64,000 nt of DNA from contig OZ176051.1 of NCBI GenBank assembly GCA_964247055.1, positions 6,014,001-6,078,000 of the forward strand, in the 5' to 3' direction. Below, in pieces: positions 54,456 through 64,000 of this stretch (positions are counted from its first letter, which is position 1; every line of letters begins with the position of its first letter). Made by a program: the position numbers and the translations under genes. This DNA comes from Paragordius varius. Taxonomy: Eukaryota; Animalia; Nematomorpha. The notes under the pieces were generated by a model, which saw nothing but the letters and a program-made list of their open reading frames with translations, searched no databases and was not told where the DNA came from.

Positions 54456-55354
54456 AAAAATTAAAGCCATAAAATTAATTATATCATTATTATAATATAT
54501 TTTTCAGTTTATTAAATGTTTTTAAAAATCAAAAAAATAAATTTGGAGGCTAAAAGTTTGAAATAATTTTCACAATTTTAAAAAATTATTTGCTCCAAAA
54601 AGGGCACAGAAACGCTACAAATGCGTTCCTATCATATACTTTTTAAGTCTTTTATACTTTAAATCGTTTTATAAATACAAATTTAGTTAGTTAAAATGAA
54701 ACTTTAGGACAAAAATAAGAAGTCAAGAAAAGAACGCATGTTGGCAGTATCAAACATTTATGTTCATATAGGTTTGGCAGCTATGCATTAAGTGTTGGCA
54801 TGTGATGTTACCCGTGAATAATAATGTTTTAACATAAAAAATCAATATATGCTCCTTTTTATTAATATTGAAATAAAAGTATTTACGCTAAACACCTAAT
54901 TTATTAAGTAAATAATTGCAACATTTTAAAAAGGGGTTTTATTGTTTATACACAGGTTGAATAAATCATGTTTGTATAGTAAATACCGAACATGTCTGGC
55001 CTTTTAGTATTTTTAAAAAATAGTTCCCACTGCAACTTGATTTTTGACGCCTATACATAAATTTCCTTATATATTTTTTAAGACTTTATTCCTTTTCTAT
55101 TTTTTTTCGGGTACATACAGGCGGGCGTATTTCTTATCCAAAAAACGGTGAACTACAACAATTATTTGACATGCTGATTAAAAATATAATTTGCAATTTA
55201 AGCTATTATATGATATAAAATAAACAAATAACTATCAGATAAAAAATTTTCTAGTCCATCAATTTTTTTCAGAATATTTCCTTAAACACTTGAAGATAAG
55301 GCCATATAATCTATTGAACTAATGTAACTTCTGGGAAAAACCTTACTATATATT

Positions 55355-55728
55355 TAGGTCTCCAAGCTTTTAAGCATGCTGGAGAATGCTTTGTGATAAA
55401 AAATGGAAGGACAAACTCACTAATGAATGGATTCAATACAATCACCTCTGAGACAAAATAACTTCCATGATCACTAAACGGCGATTAGGCTACTTTGATT
55501 ACGTCATCCGCAACGTCAAATTGGAAAACACAATCATGCTGGGCCTGGTAGAGGGTAAGCGAAAACGATGCACACCCAGAAAAGATGGTCAAAACATTTA
55601 ACAGACAACACCCACCTAACAATCTCCAATCTGATCAATTTATCCTCAGACAGATCAGCCTACAGAAAATTTCTCCATGAAGTCCAGAAAAAAGTTGAAT
55701 AATTAACCGCTGACATTCATTCATTCAT
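55355..55728 (+). mobile_element. RTE-clade LINE 3' end with (TTCA)n tail
   Basis: CWRMLCDKKWKDKLTNEWI...ITKRRLGYFDYVIRNVKLENTIMLGLVEGKRKRCTPRK, a typical RTE ORF2 C-terminus, ending in CATTCATTCATTCAT. Confidence 0.85.
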
Positions 55729-56544
55729 AGCTTAGGAAACGTAAAATAGGATAACCTATACAGGTTTATGCCATTTTTATATTTACACTAAAAATGTTAA
55801 ATATTTTTTAACCATTTTTATTTTATGATTGTTGATATTTTAGTAATAGTATTATAATAAAATTGTTATATAAAAACTTTACTAGAAAGACCAAATGAAA
55901 CCGGATCCAAATAAAAAGAATTTTTTTATTCTCGCGTACCATAGATTAAGTAATATATAATTTATGCTTTGCCGTTGATATAACATTTACAGCAAAATCC
56001 TAGAACATAATCCATCCGTCATGAATAAAATGAACAGTGGAATCGTAAGGCTATTTACAATAATTAAAATACGACAAATGCCATATACCTTATTCACGAC
56101 TAATTTCCTTAAAACCGAAAAGCGTAAAACTAAATATATATTTAAAAAATTGCCTTCAGACAGAGCTTTAAAAATAAAATATATCCTATTATTTATTTTT
56201 ATTTCTTTAATATCAAATACACTTTTATCACCATTCCTTTATCGCATCACAAAGCCCGACAAATTGATAGGTAAATTCTCACCGTGACTATCAAAACTAA
56301 ATTGATTATTATTTTTTTGTTTACGTCTTTAAGGTTCTTTATAGTGGGATAATCGGATGACTAAGCAAGTTATTGATTTAAATAATTGTTGAATCCATTA
56401 TTGATTGGAATATTCATTAGTATCGTTCCACAAATCTGAATAAAAGTTTGCTTCAATATCAATGTTTAAATTTTGTTTTCTTCTTTGATTTCTGTAATTG
56501 GAAAAATTATGACTTAAACTCTCATTTTCAGTTGATGCTTTTTA

Positions 56545-57448
56545 TTATATCCATATTTTTTCATTCGAAAAATTGCGTTCGCTTAATGAGCCTTGATTGT
56601 TACGCAAAATGCTTTTAAGAGGTGCCAGTAATGTTGTATTGTTTGTACTATTAATCTTGCCATGAATGGAGGAAATACTTGGATTTGGCCGTCTTCTAAA
56701 AGAAATAACAAAATAACAATTTCAATTTTCGTAAAAAGAGAATTTTCTCACTATATGAATTAAATTATACTTGTTGGATTCGATGGAATAATCAAACGAT
56801 TGCACCGATTCATCTGCTAAATCTGCTATTTCGGCAAATTGTTTCATCAGTCTGTATTCTCTATCTGATGTTTGAGGATTCGTTTCCTTTCCTAAATATG
56901 ATTAACCAATTTATAATTAATATGTTTAAACCTGAAAATGTTTCCGTGTAGGACTAATAAAATGTATGCTGATGCATGCCATTAATAAATAATCACATTG
57001 CAATAATAGGTTAAATTAAAATTACAATCATGTTGAAGCAATTTTGTGAAAAACATCATATCAATTCGAATTCAATGGATAATATAGGAGGAGTTTACAA
57101 AAATATAGGTACTCAAAATCGTCACTTTAAAATTACATTTGGACAAAGTATAGAATTATCATCTGAATAAGTCTTTTCTTTAATGAATATACCGATCAAA
57201 AGCTAAGCCTTTATAACAATGGATAAGAGTTTTAGATTCCGCAAAACCAGCACAAAAATTGTTAGAAAATTTTGAGGAAAACTTATAGACTCATTTAAAG
57301 TCAAATTTAATCTCCTGTTTTCCATAATTAGTTAAAAATGTTTTAAACTGTTGCGTAAAAATTAAACTATACTAAATCGTTAGTCGGAAGCTTAAAAATG
57401 CGAACCTTTACAAATATCATGATTTGCAGATACACTATTTTGTATAGT

Positions 57449-57490
<42 letters not shown>

Positions 57491-59282
57491 TGCTTGCAAT
57501 CCATCGAAACCGGTTCTTGCCCAAATCTAAAGGTCTGATCCCGATTCCAGAAGGTTCCGGTTTTAAGCCGTTAAAATCCAATAAGGTCAAAACAAATTTA
57601 GTTTATGTTTGCGCAACTTACCAAATATCATTTTAAAAACTTAATGATATATAATAAACTCGGTTTTTCATCATAATTATACATTAATTAAATTAATACG
57701 ACGCGTGATAGGACGCATTATGAATTATGGTATCATAAATGGATTAATAAAAATATTTTAGTTATAAATTTGATTAAAGCATGATACAATCCAAACAATA
57801 TTATGTAATACCAGATGTCCGTATTCTCCGTAGTTCTGCATTTAACTCATATTTATGTCTTAATGTACATCCCTCTATAGTCTTATCTTGGCTTTTGCAA
57901 TTTGGAAAAACTCTTGCTTGGAAAGAATTGTAAAGTTGCGATGGATTAGCATTAATTACCATTTCACTTTCATTTGGTTTGATTTGATCTATCCATCTTA
58001 CTTTCTTTCTTGATTTCGATGCAGGATTGATCAGGTTTTCGTCACTATTATCATCGGAAGTATTCTTTGGCTTAGAAATATTTAAACTTTTATCCAAACT
58101 TTTTTGTGTTTGATTATGAGGATGATCCATAATTATAGCGTCTTTTAACATATGATTTGCTTTAGTATTTGTATAAACATTTAATTTAAATGGTTTAGCA
58201 CTCACTGGGTTTATCTCCAATGGATGAAAATGGCTATCAGCCTTGTTGACCTCTTTTATTATTTGTTTTGCAATGATATGTGTAAATTCCCTCAGCCTTA
58301 ATATTTTAATAATCACTGTGTTTATCTCCGTAGGATGTAAATGACCATCAGCTTTGTTGACCTCTTTTATTATTTCATTAGCAATGTTATTTGTAAAATC
58401 CCTCAGCCTTGATGTTTGAGCAATCACTAGATTTAGATCCGATGGGCGACTACCATCTCCCTTATTGACCACTTTTATGATTTGACTTGCAATCATATTT
58501 GTAAAATCACTCAGCCTTAAAGTTTTAGCAATCACTGGGTTAAGATCCGACGGATGCAAATGGCTGTGAGCTTTGAGTTTGATCTCTTTTATTATTTGAT
58601 CTGAAATGATGTTTGTAAAATCCCTCAGTCTTAATGTTTTAGCGATCACTGGGTTTATGTCCGATGGATGCCAAAAACTATCAGTCTTGTTGACCTCTTT
58701 TATTATTTGATTTGCAATGATATTTGTAAAATCTCTCAACCTTATTATTTTTGCAATCACTGGGTTTATCTCCCATGTAGAATAGCTATCAGCCTTGTAT
58801 ACCTCTTTTATTATTTGATTTGTAATGATATTGGTATAATCACTCAGCCTTAATGTTTTAGTAATCACTGGGTTTATCTTCGATGGATGCAAATGACTTC
58901 CAGCTTTATTGACATCTTTAATAATATGATTTATAATGAGATTTGCGAATTCCCTTAGCCTTAGTGTTTTACCAATTACTGGGTTTATGTCCAATGGGTG
59001 CAAATCAGCTTTGTATACCTCTTTTATTATTTGATTGGCAACGATATTCGTAAAATCACTCAGCCTTAATGTTTTAGCAATCACTGGGTTTATCTTCAAT
59101 GGATGCAAATGACTATCAGCTCTGAGTTTGGCTTCATTTATTCTTTGATTTGTGGAGATATTTGCATAATCCTTCAACTTCGATTCCTTTACGTTATGAA
59201 TAGGTGTACAGTGGTATTTTGTTTTTGGATTCGAAATTAAATCGTTTTTGTTCGCACACAATGTGTGAGAATCAATAAACAT
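56545..59282 (-). CDS. Uncharacterised tandem-repeat protein (~580 aa): nine ~37-aa amphipathic-helix repeats; candidate PKA/PP1 scaffold
   Basis: A 493-codon ORF (57801-59282) stays open in very AT-rich DNA. A donor at TCT G|GTATT (exon 57812-59282) joins in phase to exon 56771-56891 (GKETNPQTSDREYRLMKQFAEIADLADESVQSFDYSIESN) and exon 56545-56695 (KRRPNPS...LKSILRNN...KIWI*). Repeats at ~58140-59125 keep frame despite indels. No family recognised with certainty. The 5' end (AG immediately before the ATG) and the last exon are less certain. Confidence 0.7.
57451..57488. repeat. (AT)n microsatellite
   Basis: Pure AT run. Similar runs at ~7572-7599, 8246-8266, 13376-13400, 28894-28923 and 34202-34234. 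Confidence 0.95.
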
Positions 59283-60414
59283 CTTTATAATAATTTGTAA
59301 ATTTTTAGAATATTGTTTATAAATTTGCGATTGTTGTATAATGTAATATAATAATGCTTAACAATATTTCAACAATCAAAATCAAACTTAGTTAAAAAAC
59401 ATTAAACTATATTTAATTAATCAACTTTAATTTTCAATAAATTTAAATAGTTTGCTATAAATTTAACTTTTAAACAAAATTTCCATTTTTTCGTTGATGT
59501 CAAAATTATATTACTCGATAAGGCTAATTCTATCGCTTCAGAATTTAATTTAATTTTGTTTGCTTATATAAAATAGCAATTTATATTTAATATAATTTTA
59601 AAGACAAAACTGTTTTTATAATGTCTTAAGCGGTTTTACCGTTTGAAATATCCTTCAAAATAGTATGAAATACGTTTTAACAAAATTTTGCTAAAAATAT
59701 TTTAGAAAAAATATGCATTTTGAAAATATTTTCGATTGACATCAAAGCTTAATTTTAACCTTATTATAGGGCAATATCGGCATTTTTGTTTTTTTAAAGA
59801 AAAATAGCCTATTTTATAAGAGCAAAAAAAATTGTGACTTTTGGAACCATCTTAAAACCAAAATTTTAAAAATATTGTTTTGCTTATAACATGTAGTTAA
59901 TATATATTTATTTATATTTTAATGATATTTTTTGGAATGAAGCATTTCGCTTTCAAAATATATTAAAAAAATATGCGCAATAGTTTCCATTTTCTCATAG
60001 GAAGCATTTACATCAAACCTGTAAATATTAAATCATGTAAGGGCGAAAACCAAAAGCACCATGATAATCATGATGCAATTTCCTATCAAATATATATTTT
60101 ATGTGGTTATTTTTTGTAGAGCGGTGTTCATATATCAGCATATTATAACCCCAGGCCTAATTTGTACGCATAGTAGAAGCTTCTAAACATGATGGAATTA
60201 CAAACAGATCATTTTTATATCAATAATTATCAAAAAGCTCCATGTAATATAATTTTTCTAACAACATTATTCCTTGATTACCTTGTAGTACTAGCGTTTG
60301 TTAAAAATCCATAGAAAAAAAATCCGATGAAAAGGTTCCCGATGAATTTTTTACAAAAACAAGTAAAGGAAGCGTCGAAAGATTGTCGTCCCCCTCCGTC
60401 AACGTCCCTACCCA

Positions 60415-60570
60415 CCCGTAACGCACGGGGCTTCACAGCGGGAAACATCGGAGGTTCGGTGTGATGTTAATATCTATATATATAAACAAAGCCTTTATGT
60501 TGGGTGTGTTAATGTAAGTAAGTATGGTTTATAAAGGTGTTACTCAAACCGCGGACCGCATGCGGCTTTA
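60415..60570 (+). mobile_element. Possible Helitron-like junction (hairpin followed by an A|TCTATATATATAAA start)
   Basis: CCCGT-AACGC-ACGGG hairpin at 60415-60429, then ATCTATATATATAAAC at 60472. No matching CTAG end located. Confidence 0.35.
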
Positions 60571-63500
60571 AGAGTGCCTTAAAATTGCCTATGACCATAT
60601 TGATACTTAGATTATTTTTATTGATGAATTTTTAAAATAACGAATTTTCGCTTATTTTAATATTAATTTATTTTCTTTAGATTTAATTTTGGTAATTTTT
60701 ATTTTTTAAGCAATTTGAAATGTAGATTAATTTTCCTACATTCTTCGGGTTGATTTTCCACTAATTGTAAATTTTATTTTACATTAATTTATATACATTA
60801 TAATTTCCGCTCATATGAAATAAAATAAAACAGTATACCGTCATAAACTGAGAAACAAAAATATGAAAAAATAAAAAAACACTATTTTTATATAAGTATT
60901 TTTTATTTAATAAAATATGAATGGTAAGATTTAAATAGTGAGTTTGGCTAATAAATAATTAAAAAAAATGTTTTAATATAGTTTCATAAAAATTTTTTGT
61001 CTTCTAAATGTGTTTAAACAAAATTGCCATCTTTGAGCTGAGATTTTATAGAAACCCTAACTATATGATTTCAGGCTATCTTTATATTAAAAATATCTCC
61101 TAAAATGATAACAAACCATAAAATTTCAAATTTGATTTTTTTTGAATTATCCTTAATTTTCACTTTTTTCCCGATTTCGATTCAAAATTAGGCCCAAACT
61201 CCCAAAGTAATGTCAAAGGTCTATGTCGAGTCAAATGTAGTTATTTTAAGAATTATATTTGGTGCAAAAGAGGACATCTATTGCTTCTAAATGAGTGTGG
61301 CCTTTAAGGTAGACCAATTTTGGAGATATTGGACATGAGAGTGTTGAGGTTACTCCTTCGTGCGACCATGTTTCAGCTGTACATCCAACTGAGATTCTAA
61401 CCCGGGATAAATAACCGGCGATAATTCCTTTGAACCAACTCTCAACTTCGGTAAGAGATGCCAAAGATTGGTAAACCAGCCCTGCTCAATCAGCGGTTAC
61501 GACATTGCTTCCCAGGACGTCATTAATTGACAGGTAATCTCGTCGGAGTCGGATCTTGCTGTTTGAAACGGTAAATAAAGCTCGTGTCATAATAGAGATC
61601 AATCCACAACATTAGCCATAACTCTTTTCCAAAGAATTATATAAAAAAAATTTATATACCTTAATCCGGCATGGAAATTAACATTAAAATAAACAACCGA
61701 GTCTGCAATAAAACCATTTCATATGTCAGAGTAAAATATCCAGCTTAAATAAAATGCCGAAGGTTGGTGATTAGCCCTGCTAATATATCCGCGGCTCTAA
61801 GGTCACCGTTTGACAATGGTTAGCCATTAGTTTCGTTTTTTAAATTGATCATTAGATAACATTTTTTTCTATCATCCAAGAAATAGAATTACTATGTCAA
61901 CATTTTTTTTTATCTTACCTTTTAACACTTGAAGATAACCACAAACATAATTATTTACGAGATTTTTTTTATTCTATAGAATATAGACATTTTTATTAAT
62001 AATCTGGTAAAAAACAATAATCTATAATTTCCACAATCAATTACTCATAACAAAAAGAGCAGCACTATATATCAATGGTAATAAAACCGCGGCCCACGGG
62101 CCTCATCGGGCCCTCAAGATTTGCGGTACATATTACGGCTACCAACATAGAAGAAACTTTTCACACTATATATATTTTCAAATCTGAAAAGTAGTCTGAC
62201 GACCGATTTGGTTGGTCAATTATGTTAGTTTCCTTTATAGATGTAGTCATACTTATTTTGCACTCATACATTTGGCTCTTGATTGTTTAATAAATTGAGT
62301 ATGTTTTAATTTATATGATAATAAAAATGTTGTATGAAAATCATATAATGAATAGTCAGAAAATGGAACTGGTTCCACAACCTTTAACTTATTATCAGAC
62401 CCATGTCCCCACTTGATCAGGGACGACCCAGCTTCCGGTAATTTTAACAGTCACCTAGGTTTCATTTTGAAAATCGTAAAACCAAACTGGTTACACCACT
62501 TTTTTTGAACGGGTATATATGTATTCTCTTCACCTTTTAAAATAAACGGTATTATCTAATTGGGTGTGAAATAAATGTTTTAGGTGATAAAGAAAAGACA
62601 TGACATAAGTTTTTTATCGCCGATCTTAGAGTGCAGACTTGCTGGCTAAAAAACTTGCTGAACTTGCCCTTTTTACTTCAGAGTCAAGTGTGCTTCTTTT
62701 ATCACCCCTACTCTTTACAAATCCTTTTTTACGTTCGATACGAATTGGTGGCCCAAAGATCAGTTGTAATGAAGTATTTTATTAAATATGGAAGGTATGA
62801 ATCGATATCAGTAGTTTACATTTTAACATTATTGATGCGCCAGAATATGAAGAAAATTTATTCAAAATGACTAGTTCATATATTAAGCTTAGGCAAAAGT
62901 TTAGACAGCATTAAAATATTACTTTTTATTTTTCTGTCTTTATATTGTTTAATGCATTAATTGAGCTGTAAAATCTAAAAAAAGACATTTTTCATAAGTT
63001 TTGAGATAATAATGGCGTCGAAATTTTTGTGAAAATATTTCTCAAAATTTACCTCAATAATATAGCTTTAGATTATTTTATGAAGATAAAATCTTAAATT
63101 TGAATGTAGCTCGCTTTAGTAATTTTTGGATCATCAGTTTAAATTACTGGCCTATCCAGTGCCCCTGTATCTAATTGTAAATTATTTTTGTAAAGATAAA
63201 AGCGTAAATTAAATTGAGACTAAATAGTTTTCAAATTTTATCAATTTAAAGATGGCTTATAGAAGCATAAATTTAAATTGGGACCTCAGTAGTTGTTAAA
63301 AAATCCTAACTCAAATTTAGTCTGGGGGATTTAGATGCCCCAAATGGAATCGAAGTGTTATAATCTATATCTATATATTGGTTAAAATATAACTTAGAAT
63401 TCACAAAAAAATATATGTATATATATTGATAGGATGGTGCTTTTGGTTTTGTCTTTTACGGGTGATTTAAGAAAGTTATTCTCACTTTTGTGGTTACTGC

Positions 63501-64000
63501 TCCATATCACAAAATGGCATTGTGCACATTTTGTAAGATAAAAATTTGGTGAAAGTTAAATGCTTTATTCCATAAATCATTAAAATATATATTTATTCAA
63601 AAACAATATTTTTATCAATCAGAATCATAATTAAAAGGTTAGTTTGCTTTCATATTTGGGAGAATTTTTTAGAAATCCATATATTTAACATCGATTTGAA
63701 GACGAAAAAAGAATTTACTAAATCTTCCTAGGTGGAAATGTCTTAGCATCATCAAATGTATAGAAATATTGTTTGTAGAATATTTAAAGCGTTTTAAACT
63801 GTTTCCAGCTTGCCTTAAAATGGTATGGAGTATTGCTATTTTTTAAATTTAGTATTTAATATATTCAATGATATTATTTGGAATAAAGCATTTAGCTTTT
63901 ACCAAAAACTTTTATCAATATTAATGTCAGAAAATTTTGCGGTTTTCGGAGCTATTACTCTAAATGGGAAATTATCTCAAAACCAAAAGTGCCATAATAA

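Noticed and set aside
56200-56547. TAA reassignment or read-through as a genome-wide code change
   Set aside because: About 3,700 assembled talin and kinesin codons contain no internal TAA, and kinesin ends with TAA right after its conserved tail motif.
62590-62870. Possible exon or ORF (62631-62870 and overlapping frames)
   Set aside because: Several short frames on both strands; none could be joined to other exons or recognised.

Overview
Very AT-rich, intron-dense animal genomic DNA with canonical GT-AG introns and the standard code; the host lineage cannot be fixed from sequence alone. I could assemble three protein-coding genes by hand, all on the minus strand. (1) A divergent talin: 48 exons, about 2,614 codons inside the window, running off the left edge. 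(2) A complete kinesin-1 heavy chain: 24 exons, about 1,083 aa. (3) An unrecognised protein of about 580 aa with nine tandem ~37-aa amphipathic-helix repeats resembling AKAP PKA-anchoring helices, plus two PP1-docking-type motifs (KKVRW, KSILR). This is the best candidate for something undescribed. The window also holds a tRNA-Asn(GTT), a 2-kb TA-flanked foldback element in a kinesin intron, a non-autonomous Helitron with all terminal hallmarks and internal tandem amplification, two small foldbacks built of 21-bp units, two Ty3/Gypsy remnants, two RTE-like LINE 3' ends and a dispersed repeat family. Exon boundaries were read by eye and checked for phase continuity. Homology calls come from recalled family motifs, not database searches.
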